This document shows positions 29,746 to 39,781 of a DNA stretch of 64,000 nt, piece by piece. Position 1 is the stretch's first letter. Each line of letters begins with the position of its first letter. The notes beneath the pieces are model-generated. The model did not search any database and was not told the origin of the DNA. It worked only from the letters and a program-made list of their open reading frames with translations. A program made the position numbers and the translations under genes. The stretch covers positions 64,001 to 128,000 of the forward strand of contig CAWGED010000010.1 in NCBI GenBank assembly GCA_963821525.1, read 5' to 3'. The DNA comes from an uncultured Gemmatimonadales bacterium. Its GTDB lineage: Bacteria; Gemmatimonadota; Gemmatimonadetes; Gemmatimonadales; GWC2-71-9.

Positions 29746-31442
29746 ACGTCCTGACCCGCTGGCTTCCCGGCGTGCAGGCGCTTCGCAGTTATGAGCCGGC
29801 GTGGCTGCGACAGGATCTGACCGCCGGTCTGGTCCTGACCACGATGCTGGTTCCGGTCGGCATCGCCTACGCGGTGGCTTCGGGACTCCCGGGGATCAAC
29901 GGTCTTTACGCGACAATCGTCCCGCTGCTGGCCTATGCCCTCTTTGGGCCGAGCCGCATTCTGGTGCTGGGACCGGATTCCTCTCTCGCACCCGTGATAC
30001 TCGCGGTCGTGCTGCCGCTCTCCGGTGGCGATCCCAACCGGGCCGTCGCCATAGCGAGCATGATGGCCATCGTGTCGGGGGCGGTGTGCATCGTGGTCGG
30101 AATGATGCGGCTGGGGTTCGTCACCGAACTGCTGTCCAAGCCGATCAGATACGGATATATGAATGGTATTGCCTTCACCGTCCTGATCAACCAGCTCCCC
30201 AAGCTATTCGGCTTTTCGATCGACAGCATCGGGCCGCTGCGCGACATCAAGCAGATCGCCGAAGCGATACTGGGTGGCCAGAGCAACTGGACCACATTCG
30301 CCGTGGGGGCGTGCACACTCGCAGCAATCCTGCTGCTCAAGCGCTTCAAGCGGCTTCCGGCCATCCTGATCGCAGTCGTGGGTGCGACGATCGTGGTCAC
30401 CTTATTTCACCTTGACCAGACCGCGGGGGTAAAGGTGCTGGGCCCCTTGCCGCAGGGGTTGCCGTCGTTCGCGTTGCCGATGCTTAGCCTCGCCGACCTC
30501 CGCCAGGTATTGATCGGCGGCGGCGCGGTCGCCCTCGTGTCCTTCGCGGATACCAGTGTGCTATCGCGGGTGTATGCCGCGAAGCTCCGGACCCCGGTGG
30601 ATCCGAACCAGGAGATGATCGGTCTGGGTGCGGCCAACCTGGCAGCGGGACTTTTTCAGGGGTTTCCGATCAGCAGCAGTTCCTCGCGCACTCCGGTCGC
30701 CGAGGCTTCGGGGGCGAAGACCCAGCTAACCGGCGTGGTAGGTGCTATCGCGGTGGCACTGCTGCTGGTCCTGGCGCCCACTCTGCTCAAGAACCTTCCC
30801 AACAGCGCCCTCGCCGCGGTGGTGATTGCGGCAGCCATCGGCCTGTTCGAGTTCCAGGACCTCGCCCGAATCTTCCGCATTCAGCGCTGGGAATTCTGGC
30901 TTTCCATCGCCTGCTTTGTCGGGGTAGCCGTCCTTGGAGTGATTCCCGGCATCGGCCTCGCGATCGCCATCGCCGTCATCGAGTTCCTGTGGGACGGCTG
31001 GCGGCCGTACCACGCGGTGCTCGGCCGGGTCAACGGCCTGCGCGGTTACCATGACATCAAGTTCTATCCCGATGCCCGCCGTATCCCCGGCCTGGTGTTG
31101 TTCCGTTGGGATGCTCCGCTTTTTTTCGCCAACGCCGAGCTGTTCCATCAGCGGTTGCTCGAGGCGGTGGCTCAATCACCGACGCCGGCGCGGCGCATCA
31201 TCGTGGCCGCCGAGCCGGTGACCAGCATAGATGTCACCTCGGCAGACATGCTGGACGAGCTCGATCAGCAGCTTCGGACATCGGAGATCGAGCTGCGGTT
31301 TGCCGAAATGAAGAGCCCGGTGCAGGACAAACTCAAGCGGTTCGAGCTGTTTGAACGCTTCGGTGCGGCCAATTTCTATCCTACTATTGGCGCCGCCATT
31401 GACGCATACCTCGCTGAACACGCGGTGGACTGGAAACCGTGA
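29742..31442 (+). CDS. SulP family anion transporter with STAS domain
   Basis: DLTAGL, GLYAT, YALFGPSR, NQE..GLGAAN, SSSRT, PLFFAN. Confidence 0.92.
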   Translation: MNVLTRWLPGVQALRSYEPAWLRQDLTAGLVLTTMLVPVGIAYAVASGLPGINGLYATIVPLLAYALFGPSRILVLGPDSSLAPVILAVVLPLSGGDPNRAVAIASMMAIVSGAVCIVVGMMRLGFVTELLSKPIRYGYMNGIAFTVLINQLPKLFGFSIDSIGPLRDIKQIAEAILGGQSNWTTFAVGACTLAAILLLKRFKRLPAILIAVVGATIVVTLFHLDQTAGVKVLGPLPQGLPSFALPMLSLADLRQVLIGGGAVALVSFADTSVLSRVYAAKLRTPVDPNQEMIGLGAANLAAGLFQGFPISSSSSRTPVAEASGAKTQLTGVVGAIAVALLLVLAPTLLKNLPNSALAAVVIAAAIGLFEFQDLARIFRIQRWEFWLSIACFVGVAVLGVIPGIGLAIAIAVIEFLWDGWRPYHAVLGRVNGLRGYHDIKFYPDARRIPGLVLFRWDAPLFFANAELFHQRLLEAVAQSPTPARRIIVAAEPVTSIDVTSADMLDELDQQLRTSEIELRFAEMKSPVQDKLKRFELFERFGAANFYPTIGAAIDAYLAEHAVDWKP

Positions 31443-31451
31443 GAGGGAGCG

Positions 31452-31782
31452 ATGACTGAGAGTCCCGCACCACCTTCGCCTCTGCGGCTGCCCCTGTCCC
31501 TCGTCCTGGGGTTGGTCGCGCCGCCCCTCGGACTCGTCGCGTGGATTCTTTTGAGCGGCAGCCAGCGTGACCGTCTATCTCCAGTCTCCCTGGGTCCGGG
31601 CCGGGGGTGCGATCTTCCTCGCCGGCGCCATTCCGCTGTTCGGGGTAATCGTTGCCGCGTTCATCGGCCTCTGGCCTGACCCGAACCCCAATCCCGTCGG
31701 GCTGGGATTCCTCTTCCTCGCAGCGGGCGTGTTGGGATGCCTCCTGGCACTCATCGGCGTGATCCGCTGTGAGACATCCTGA
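31452..31782 (+). CDS. Small membrane protein (frameshift near 31571)
   Basis: GGGAG RBS; TM + VYLQSPWVRAG...DPNPNPVGLGFL. Confidence 0.6.
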
Positions 31783-31787
31783 TGGCG

Positions 31788-32360
31788 CTAGGCCGTCTTC
31801 GGCAACACGGTATAGACCCGTGAGATGAACCCGTGGAATTCCTTCATATAGTTGCTGAGGAACTCCCCGATCGTGTCGTCGGTAACTTCGCCGGTATCGG
31901 TGATCAGCCCCGGCGTAAACTGGATGTAGGCTTCCAGCGTGTTCATCAGCGGCGAATTGCAGAAGCAGAGAATGCTGCGCAGGTGCTGTTGTGCGACCGC
32001 CGTGCCGACTTTCCCGGGTGAAGTACCGATCACTCCTGAGGGTTTCCGGGAAAAGGAATTCTTGCCATAAGGGCGACTCCCCCAGTCGATCGCGTTCTTG
32101 AGACCACCGGGGATCGAGCGATTGTACTCCGGCGTCACGAACAGCACTGCGTCCACCGCGGCGATCGCCTCCTTGAACTTTCGGGCGACCGGCGGGAAGT
32201 CCGCATCGTAGTCATAGCAGTAAAGCGGCAGGTCCCCGAAGGTGATCTCCCGCAATTCGAGTTCTGAAGGTGCCAGGCGCTCCAGCGCGCGGGCGAGCTT
32301 GCGATTCAGCGAAGCCTTGGCGAGGCTACCCACCAGGTAGCCGACTTTGAACTGGCTCAT
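31788..32360 (-). CDS. NADPH-dependent FMN reductase (ChrR-like)
   Basis: VGSL..SLN, TPEYNRSIPGGLKNAIDWGSRP. Confidence 0.92.
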   Translation of the reverse strand: MSQFKVGYLVGSLAKASLNRKLARALERLAPSELELREITFGDLPLYCYDYDADFPPVARKFKEAIAAVDAVLFVTPEYNRSIPGGLKNAIDWGSRPYGKNSFSRKPSGVIGTSPGKVGTAVAQQHLRSILCFCNSPLMNTLEAYIQFTPGLITDTGEVTDDTIGEFLSNYMKEFHGFISRVYTVLPKTA

Positions 32361-32418
32361 GTGCCCCTCCTCCGTACATTGACTCGTGGATCAACGGTCG
32401 GTAGACAATAGGGCCCTT

Positions 32419-32445
32419 TGTCGATCTGGGGCCAGCCCAAACGAC
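32419..32445 (+). promoter_or_regulatory. Putative ECF42-type promoter (TGTCGA-N17-CGAC)
   Basis: TGTCGA tctggggccagcccaaa CGAC, same motif and spacing as at 6212. Confidence 0.55.
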
Positions 32446-32513
32446 GCAGTAGTGGCGGGTCCGGCCAGCCCGTCGAGGCTCATGTGCCGCCGACCGATCA
32501 ACCAGGTTTGCCA

Positions 32514-33185
32514 ATGACCACGACCGCCCAGCTCTCCTACCCGGAAACCGACCGTACCCCCGCCCTCCTCCGCCTCGGCATGCTCGCCGGGCCGCTCTAC
32601 GTTCTCGTCGGGTTGCTGGAAGTCCTGTTTCGAAGCGGGTTTGACATCCGCCGCCACGCGCTCAGCCTGATGAGCAACGGGGGCCTGGGCTGGATCCAGA
32701 TCGCCAGCTTCATCTGCTCCGGGGTCCTGGTGATCGTCGGGGCGATCGGCCTTCGCCGTGCCATCTATCCAGGCCGAGGGGGGACGGCGGGACCCATCCT
32801 GCTCGCGGTCTACGGCCTCGGGCTGATCGGAGCGGGAATCTTCGTCGCCGATCCGATGGATGGCTTCCCGCCGGGCACGCCTCCGGGACCGCCGGCCTCG
32901 ATGAGCTGGCATGGGCCCCTGCACTTCATGGCTGGCGGAATCGGTTTCTTCGGACTGATTGGGGCGACTCTGGTGTTTGCGTACCTGTTCTTCCGGCAGC
33001 GTGAATCGGGGTGGGCGATTGCTTCCCTGCTGACCGGCCTCTTCTTCTTCGGGGCCTTCGCCGCCATCGCCTCGGGGACGAGACATCCAGCGATCAACCT
33101 CGGCTTTACGGCAGCGGTGGTGGTATCCTGGGCATGGCTGACTGCCTTGTTTGCGAAGGTGCGATCAGAACTATCGGATCCTTGA
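32514..33185 (+). CDS. DUF998 family membrane protein
   Basis: GFDIRRHALSL, GWIQ, F.ADPMDGFPPG, HG.LH. Confidence 0.85.
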   Translation: MTTTAQLSYPETDRTPALLRLGMLAGPLYVLVGLLEVLFRSGFDIRRHALSLMSNGGLGWIQIASFICSGVLVIVGAIGLRRAIYPGRGGTAGPILLAVYGLGLIGAGIFVADPMDGFPPGTPPGPPASMSWHGPLHFMAGGIGFFGLIGATLVFAYLFFRQRESGWAIASLLTGLFFFGAFAAIASGTRHPAINLGFTAAVVVSWAWLTALFAKVRSELSDP

Positions 33186-33201
33186 GGATGCCAGGAGGGG
33201 C

Positions 33202-33756
33202 ATGATTTCTGATGCCGTGAAACTCGAGCCGGTTGAGTCGGCTCGACAACGCGACGCCGCCCGGGAGCTGATTGCGGAGTACCTCCGTTGGGTCGGGGAG
33301 ATCGCGCGCTCGCAGTACGGCCTGTCCTTCGACATCGACGCGATGGTCGATTCCGATATCGGGGACCGCTCGAAATTTTATCCCCCGAGCGGCCGCTTCT
33401 ACCTGGTCATGACAGACGGGGCCTATGTCGGCGTCGGCTGCTTGAAGCGATTGGCGCCAGGGGTCGGCGAAATCCAGCGGATGTACGTCCAGCCGCATGT
33501 GAGGGGGAAAGGCGCCGGCCGGCTGCTCGTCGAGCGACTCCTCGCCGACGCCCTCCAACTGGGATACACCAGGGTGCGACTGGAAAGCCTGAAGGCGCTC
33601 ACCGCCGCTCACACTCTTTATCATTCGGTGGGGTTCGTGGACATTGCCCCCTACGACGACGACAGCATGAGGGATTATCAGGATCCAGCCACGCACAGCC
33701 GCTTCCTCGACAGCGTGGTGTTCATGGAGTACATATTCCCCAATGAGATTTCTTGA
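33202..33756 (+). CDS. GNAT acetyltransferase
   Basis: GEIQRMYVQPHVRGKGAG and AHTLYHSVGF. Confidence 0.9.
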   Translation: MISDAVKLEPVESARQRDAARELIAEYLRWVGEIARSQYGLSFDIDAMVDSDIGDRSKFYPPSGRFYLVMTDGAYVGVGCLKRLAPGVGEIQRMYVQPHVRGKGAGRLLVERLLADALQLGYTRVRLESLKALTAAHTLYHSVGFVDIAPYDDDSMRDYQDPATHSRFLDSVVFMEYIFPNEIS

Positions 33757-33838
33757 GCACTACTGGTGGGCCCTCGTTCTGATGTTCGTGGCCATGGTGG
33801 CGACGTGGAATCGCACCCACCGCGGACCTCCCGCTTGA
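33743..33838 (+). CDS. Putative 31-aa single-TM small protein
   Basis: MRFLEHYWWALVLMFVAMVATWNRTHRGPPA*, overlapping the GNAT stop. Confidence 0.35.
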   Translation: MRFLEHYWWALVLMFVAMVATWNRTHRGPPA

Positions 33839-33973
33839 CGCGCGCTTGACGCGCGAGTATTACAGTCTCCCCGCCTGAAGCACCTGAAGCATCCATCATC
33901 GTCTGCGGAACGAAGTACCGCTGGCTACGGCAGGGTCGTGATCCTGCCGGGTCCAACCGCCTGGGAGGCACCG

Positions 33974-35179
33974 ATGAAAGCCCACCACCTGATCCCCTTG
34001 ATCGTCCTGGCCGGCTGCGCCGAATCCTCGGACCTGCCGCAGGACCCGACTCAGTCCACCTCCAACCTCATCGCTCCGAGCTTCGTTCCCCTTCCGATCG
34101 CCGGGGCGGTCTGGAGCAGCGCCTACGGGGTCAGTTCCAACGGGTGGCTCGCTGGCGAAGTGGACGTCTCAGATGTCGAGTGGCACGCGGCGAGATGGCG
34201 GCTCGATGCCGCGACCGGAGTCGCGACTCTCGAAGATCTGGGTGACCTCAACGACCGGATCACCGTCGGATTCGATGTCAACGCCTCGGGAGTGGTCGTC
34301 GGAGGCAGCGAGGAAGCCGCCTTCGGCTTGGGCCCCGGCCCAGACGAGGCCTTTGTCTATCGCAACGGCGTCATGGAAACCCTGCCCACTTTGGGCGGTC
34401 CGGGTGGCTTCGCCCGGCGGATCAACAACAGCGGCTGGATCACCGGATTTAGCGACGCCGCCGATGGCACGTCTCATCCGGTGGTATGGCGTCCGGACGG
34501 CAACGGTGGCTATGAGGTCATCGACCTGGGGACCCTGGGCGGGACCTTCGGATGGGGTAACACGATCACCGAGGACGGCAGGGTCGTTGGACTGAGCGAG
34601 AATCCCCGAGGCGCGGTGCGGGCATGGTATTGGAGCGGCTCCGGACCCTTCGCCCTCCTGCCGTCGCTGACCGAAGGTGGCGCCAACTACGCCGTGGACC
34701 TCAATGCTCGTGGGCTCATCGTAGGTAATGGCACGGACGCCGCCGGCTTCTATCACGCAACCATCTGGCGGAACGGGGTGATTCACGATATCAACCACCG
34801 GTTTCCCGGCATGGCCTACAGCTTCGCAACCGGCATCAATGCCGAAGGCTGGATAGCGGTGGATGCGTCCACCGGTGATTTCACCGCCCATGGCTTTGCG
34901 GCAAAGGGCGATCGGGTTGTTGACCTGAATGCGGCCGCGGGTACATCGGGGGCGGATGTCTTTGACATCAGTGACCAGGGATGGGTTGCGGGGACTGCGG
35001 TGGTTGAAGGCGTCAACAACGCCGCCGTCTGGCTTCTGCACGGCGGTGGAGCGCTACGAGCTGATCATGTGAAGGCCGACGCCCCGACAGTGACGGTGAG
35101 TCCGGCACACAGTCGGGCCAAGGCTCTCATGATGCGCAGACTGCTGAGCGGTGCACCAAAGGGTGGGAAGGACGAGTGA
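33974..35179 (+). CDS. Lipoprotein with HAF-type extracellular repeats
   Basis: Lipobox LAGC; repeated DLGTLGG / A..IN..G.IVG units. Confidence 0.85.
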   Translation: MKAHHLIPLIVLAGCAESSDLPQDPTQSTSNLIAPSFVPLPIAGAVWSSAYGVSSNGWLAGEVDVSDVEWHAARWRLDAATGVATLEDLGDLNDRITVGFDVNASGVVVGGSEEAAFGLGPGPDEAFVYRNGVMETLPTLGGPGGFARRINNSGWITGFSDAADGTSHPVVWRPDGNGGYEVIDLGTLGGTFGWGNTITEDGRVVGLSENPRGAVRAWYWSGSGPFALLPSLTEGGANYAVDLNARGLIVGNGTDAAGFYHATIWRNGVIHDINHRFPGMAYSFATGINAEGWIAVDASTGDFTAHGFAAKGDRVVDLNAAAGTSGADVFDISDQGWVAGTAVVEGVNNAAVWLLHGGGALRADHVKADAPTVTVSPAHSRAKALMMRRLLSGAPKGGKDE

Positions 35180-35652
35180 GCGGAGCCACGGATCCTGCTG
35201 AGCTGCAGCGGCTTCGGACGCTGTATAGCACGATGGACGACAATGGCCTCGTTCTGGCGCTGTACCAGGGACCGGAAGCCTATCTCACCCCCGAGGTCTG
35301 GAGCATCATTTCGCAGGAGGCCTCACGCCGCGGGATTGGGGTGCCGAACCAGGAGGAAATTGAATCCCACCGGGAGGCTGTGCGCGCCGAGGAAGACGCG
35401 CTGCAGCCTCCGCGGCTTTCATGGAAATGGCGATTGTACTTCGGCTCCGTGGGCTGGTTCCTGATGTTTGCGGGCTGGAAATCGTTGGAAACCATCGTGG
35501 TATCACTCGTCCAGCGCCCCGAGGGCTGGCAAGCGGATTTGAGGTTGAGTGTTGCGATCCTGGTCGCCGTCTGCGTCGCACTCGTGTTGTTGCGCCTGCA
35601 GGTCGAGCGGCTGTGGGATGCGCATCTCCCGGATTCCGGGGCAACAGGATAG
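35176..35652 (+). CDS. Hypothetical membrane protein
   Basis: GTGA overlap with upstream gene; two C-terminal TMs. Confidence 0.55.
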   Translation: MSGATDPAELQRLRTLYSTMDDNGLVLALYQGPEAYLTPEVWSIISQEASRRGIGVPNQEEIESHREAVRAEEDALQPPRLSWKWRLYFGSVGWFLMFAGWKSLETIVVSLVQRPEGWQADLRLSVAILVAVCVALVLLRLQVERLWDAHLPDSGATG

Positions 35653-35698
35653 ACTCTCGCTACATCCTCCGTAGCGCAGGCCGTTTGCCCGGAGTCCG

Positions 35699-36133
35699 AT
35701 GATGGCAGAACCGCTCCAGCTCTATCCGACGCCGGAGGTCCTGGTGACCTTCGACCCCAATCTCTGCATGCATATGGGCGAGTGCCTCCGCGGCGACCCC
35801 GCCGTCTTCGACCGATCCCGCCCCGACTGGATCCATCCCGAGTCCGCCTCTGCGGAACGAGTAGCCGAGATCGTGTCCCGCTGCCCCAGCGGTGCCCTCC
35901 ACGCCATCCGCCCAGGCCATCGGCCCGGACGTCCCCTTCCCTCCGCCGGCGTCACGCTCGCCGCGACCCGGAATGGACCGCTCGTGGTGAAGGGATCGGT
36001 TACCATCGAACTCCCGACCGGGGCCGTAGAGAAGCGCAGTGGTGCCTTTACTCTCTGCCGCTGCGGCCAGACCGGGCATACCCCCTACTGCGACGGCAGT
36101 CATATTCGGACCGGGTTCTGTTCCCCTCGGTGA
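35699..36133 (+). CDS. Divergent 4Fe-4S ferredoxin + CDGSH iron-sulfur domain protein
   Basis: CMHMGEC...CPSGAL and LCRCGQT...PYCDGSH. Confidence 0.9.
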   Translation: MMAEPLQLYPTPEVLVTFDPNLCMHMGECLRGDPAVFDRSRPDWIHPESASAERVAEIVSRCPSGALHAIRPGHRPGRPLPSAGVTLAATRNGPLVVKGSVTIELPTGAVEKRSGAFTLCRCGQTGHTPYCDGSHIRTGFCSPR

Positions 36134-36159
36134 TCTCTAATGGCCCTGCCTGCCCCGGC

Positions 36160-36579
36160 ATGAAGCTCCACGAGATTCCCGGCTACTCGGTCGCCGACTG
36201 GCACCAGGAACGCGAGGCAGAAGCGCGCGGCCAACACCTGGCCTGTCCCAATTGCGGCCGGGCGGAGTGGTACCACGCCGTGGGAGTTCCTCCCGACACC
36301 GGGGCACAGCGTAAATATCGGGCGTGCAAAGTCTGTGGCTGTTGGCAGGAGGCCGACGGGACGCCGGCTTACCGCTGCTGGATGACGGTGCACACCTGCC
36401 TGGCTCATCTCGCCAAAGGAATGCACTGCCCCTATTGTGGCATCTGGGGACCGAGACAATGGCACGCGGCGTGTTGCCGGATCCTTACGACCGATGAGCT
36501 TGGCATTACCAGATGTGGCACCTGTGAACTGGTTCTTACCTCTCAGCATGTTGTGCCCTGGCCCGTCCAACCCGAATGA
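36160..36579 (+). CDS. Cys-rich multi-zinc-ribbon hypothetical protein
   Basis: 139 aa, 13 Cys, four CxxC pairs. Confidence 0.6.
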   Translation: MKLHEIPGYSVADWHQEREAEARGQHLACPNCGRAEWYHAVGVPPDTGAQRKYRACKVCGCWQEADGTPAYRCWMTVHTCLAHLAKGMHCPYCGIWGPRQWHAACCRILTTDELGITRCGTCELVLTSQHVVPWPVQPE

Positions 36580-36631
36580 AATACCACGGCGGCCGTCCCG
36601 CCCGTCGAGAAAAGCTAGGAGGACTGGATTC

Positions 36632-36961
36632 GTGCACCTGGATGGCATTCCTTTCGGCATCACCGATTGGCAAAGCGTTGATCCCACCGAGCGCGCCGGC
36701 GAAACCGGTGTCGCGCGATGGCGCACTCAGCAGTTCGGATCGATTCGAGTCCGGCTGGTCGAATACTCGGCGGGTTACCGAGCGGACCACTGGTGCCGCA
36801 AGGGCCACATTCTGTTCTGCGTCGCCGGCGAGCTGGAGACCGAACTGGCGGATGGCCGCCAATTCCGCCTGTCGCCGGGGATGAGCTATCAGGTGGCGGA
36901 CAACGCGGAACCCCATCGGTCGCGTACGACGACTGGTGCGACTCTGTTCATAGTGGACTAG
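36632..36961 (+). CDS. DHCW-motif cupin fold protein
   Basis: AGGAGG RBS; YRADHWCRKGH, GMSYQVAD, LFIVD. Confidence 0.9.
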   Translation: MHLDGIPFGITDWQSVDPTERAGETGVARWRTQQFGSIRVRLVEYSAGYRADHWCRKGHILFCVAGELETELADGRQFRLSPGMSYQVADNAEPHRSRTTTGATLFIVD

Positions 36962-36972
36962 ACGGAAGACTC

Positions 36973-37266
36973 ATGGATCGTCGAATCGTCGGATTCCACC
37001 AGGATGACGAGCAACAGTGGGTTGCGACACTGGACTGCGGTCACACCCAGCACCTGCGGCACGATCCGCCCTGGCAGGAACGCAGCTGGGTGCTTGACCC
37101 GGTGACCCGATCAGCGCACCTCGGCACGATTCTCACCTGCCCGCTCTGCGACGACGCGCCGCTCGACCTGCCTCACCCCTCGGCCTACCAGGACGCCAAA
37201 CTCCAGGGATTGTGTGAAGACGGTGCTGCTGAGATCCGGGCGCGGCGGCGAGAGCATTCATCCTGA
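36973..37266 (+). CDS. DUF3565 domain protein
   Basis: IVGFHQD..WVATLDCGHTQHLRHDPPW..C.LCD. Confidence 0.85.
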   Translation: MDRRIVGFHQDDEQQWVATLDCGHTQHLRHDPPWQERSWVLDPVTRSAHLGTILTCPLCDDAPLDLPHPSAYQDAKLQGLCEDGAAEIRARRREHSS

Positions 37267-37282
37267 TCCCTCCCCATCCTCC

Positions 37283-38176
37283 ATGCGTCACAGCCTGGCG
37301 GTGCTCTTTTGCCTCCTCGGTTGCCGAGGCGGGGGTTCGTCGACAGCGACCCCGGTGCTCTTCCTGGACAGCGTGCCCGGAAAAACTGATCTCGTAGACT
37401 ACGAACCCGCGTGGTCCCCATCCGGCACCCACCTCGCGTTCATCTCCAATCGAAATGGCCCGCTCAAGGTCTACACCGCCAAGGTGGATGGCACCGAGCT
37501 GACCCAGCTCACCCAAGGACCGGATGAAGACGACTCGCCGTCGTGGTCGCCGGATGAGAAGCGGATCGCCTTCGTGTCAACCCGGGACGGCAATTCGGAG
37601 ATATATCGGATGAACGCGGATGGTTCCGGCCAACTTCGTCTCACCGATGATCCCGGAATCGATATCCATCCGGTCTGGGCGCCGGACGGGAAGTCGATTA
37701 TCTGGAACTCGTCTCGCCACAGCGCCGACTCGACCGAGCCAGAGACCTTCGAAGTCTTTGCGATGGACGTGAACGGCTACCTCTTGCGGCAGCTCACTCA
37801 AGGTGGGATTACTACCTACGCCTCCTGGTCTCCCGACGGGCTGCTGCTGCTCTTTCGCCGCCAGGTGAGCGACAGCAACTCCGAGATCTTTGTATCCCAG
37901 CCAGCCGGCGACGACGTCAATCTGACCCAGGATCCCGCCTTCGATGGCTGGCCCGCATGGGCCGCCGACGGGCGACGGGTGATCTTCGCCCGAGAGAAGG
38001 GAGACGATGCATCCATCTATGTCGTCGAGGCTGATGGATCGGGATTGAGCCCGCTGGTGACCCTGCCGGGGCGCTGGACCAACCCCAGATGGTCACCCAA
38101 AGGTGACCTGATCGTGGCCAGCCGCCGCTGGAAGGGTGAAGTGCGCCTCTACCTCTTCCCCGCTCCGGGATCATGA
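37283..38176 (+). CDS. TolB-like PD40 beta-propeller lipoprotein
   Basis: Lipobox LLGC; repeated P.WSPDG..IAF.S.RDG. Confidence 0.85.
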   Translation: MRHSLAVLFCLLGCRGGGSSTATPVLFLDSVPGKTDLVDYEPAWSPSGTHLAFISNRNGPLKVYTAKVDGTELTQLTQGPDEDDSPSWSPDEKRIAFVSTRDGNSEIYRMNADGSGQLRLTDDPGIDIHPVWAPDGKSIIWNSSRHSADSTEPETFEVFAMDVNGYLLRQLTQGGITTYASWSPDGLLLLFRRQVSDSNSEIFVSQPAGDDVNLTQDPAFDGWPAWAADGRRVIFAREKGDDASIYVVEADGSGLSPLVTLPGRWTNPRWSPKGDLIVASRRWKGEVRLYLFPAPGS

Positions 38177-38652
38177 CCAGTCCAGAAGAAGTCACCTCGC
38201 AACTCGCCCGGAGCCCTGCGCTGATCGCCGGACTGCTCGGCTCGGTCCCACCCCAGGATCTCAAGCGACGTCCGCGTCCGGGAAAGTGGTCCGCGCACGA
38301 GCATGCCTGCCATCTCGCGGTCATGGAGCCGATGTGGGCGTCCCGACTCGAGCTGATCCTGCGGGAAGATCACCCCACTATCGTGTCCTACGAGCCCGAC
38401 GAAGATGACCCGGACCGCTTGCTGAACATGGATCTGCGCACCGCCTTGGCCGACTTCGATCGGGGCCGGCAGGCGCTGGTGGGAAGGCTGCGCTCGCTGC
38501 AGGTCAATGACTGGCTGAGGCCAGCCACCCACACCGGCCATGCCCGCTATTCGATCTTCCTCATGTGCCGCCACATCGCGCTGCACGATGGGCTTCATGG
38601 CTACCGCATCGAGGAGAGCGCGCTGGGGAGCCACTGGCCGACGGAGCGCTAG
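38173..38652 (+). CDS. DinB family protein
   Basis: PGKWSAHEHACHL and HIALHDGLH. Confidence 0.85.
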   Translation: MTSPEEVTSQLARSPALIAGLLGSVPPQDLKRRPRPGKWSAHEHACHLAVMEPMWASRLELILREDHPTIVSYEPDEDDPDRLLNMDLRTALADFDRGRQALVGRLRSLQVNDWLRPATHTGHARYSIFLMCRHIALHDGLHGYRIEESALGSHWPTER

Positions 38653-38692
38653 AGGCGACCGCTCCCGAGCCGCCGAGCATTGGCGAAAGACC

Positions 38693-38986
38693 TAACTGCT
38701 TACCGCGGACGACGCGGAACACACGGAAGAACGCGGATTAGCGCAGAAAGAGGAACAAAAAACAACTTCCGCGTGAATCAGCGTGCTCCGCGTGATCCGC
38801 GGTAAGCTTTTTGGGCTCGTGCAGGCACGGGAAGGGCATAACTGCTTAACGCGGAGGACGCGGAACACACGGAAGAACGCGGATTAGCGAAGAAAGAGGA
38901 ACAACAAAACAACTTCCGCGTGAATCAGCGTGCTCCGCGTGATCCGCGGTAAGCTTTTTGGGGTCGTGCAGGCACGGGTGAAGGGC
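38693..38986. repeat. Tandem duplication (2 x ~146 bp) of a second palindromic element
   Basis: Units start at 38693 and 38839; arms GCTTACCGCGGACGACGCGGAACACACGGAAGAACGCGGA / TCCGCGTGAATCAGCGTGCTCCGCGTGATCCGCGGTAAGC. Confidence 0.9.
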
Positions 38987-39000
38987 CTATGACTAGATCG

Positions 39001-39781
39001 ATGCCAAGTACGCCTAATCCTCTTCGGCTCACCTACATCGGCGGCCCGACGGCGCTCCTCGAGTACGGGGGGCTCCGCTTCCTGACCGATCCGACGTTCG
39101 ATCCTGCCGGGACCGACTATCCCACGCCGGTCTATACCCTCCATAAGACCCAGGCTCCAGCGCTCGCTGCCGAGCAGCTCGGGAAGGTGGACGCGATCCT
39201 GCTGAGTCACGACCATCATTTCGACAATCTCGACCACGCGGGCCGAGCGGCCTTGTGCCACCGCCCGGGTCGTCTTCACGACGCGAGATGGAGCGGAGCG
39301 TCTTGGGGGAAACGCAGAGGGTCTGCTGGCCTGGGAGAAACGCGCGCTCCCTGCACCGGATGGCCAGACCGTCGAGTTGACGGCTACTCCGGCACGACAC
39401 GGCCCGGCCGGCGGAGATCGAGGTCCCGTAGTCGGCTTCGTCCTCGCGGCGCCCGGTGCGCCAGTCGTCTATGTCTCGGGAGACACGGTCTGGTACGAAG
39501 GAGTCGTTGAAGTCGGCCAGCGCTTTTCCGTGGACGTGGCGGTCCTGAACGCAGGTGCCGCAAAGGTAGCGGTCGCGGGGCCATCGCCGTTGACCTTCAC
39601 CGCGGCGGATGCGGTGACCCTCGCCCGGGCGTGGCCCAAAGCGGTGATCGTGCCGCTCCACTTCGAAGGGTGGACTCACTTCTCGGAAGGCGCGGCCGAG
39701 CTGAGGGAGGCCTTCGCTAGAGCGGGACTCGCCTCACGCCTGCGCTGGGCCCCACCGGGAGTTCCCACCGTCGTTCCCTGA
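39001..39781 (+). CDS. MBL-fold metallo-hydrolase (frameshift near 39258)
   Basis: LTDPTF, SHDHHFDNLD, YVSGDT, PLHFEGW.HF. Confidence 0.85.
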
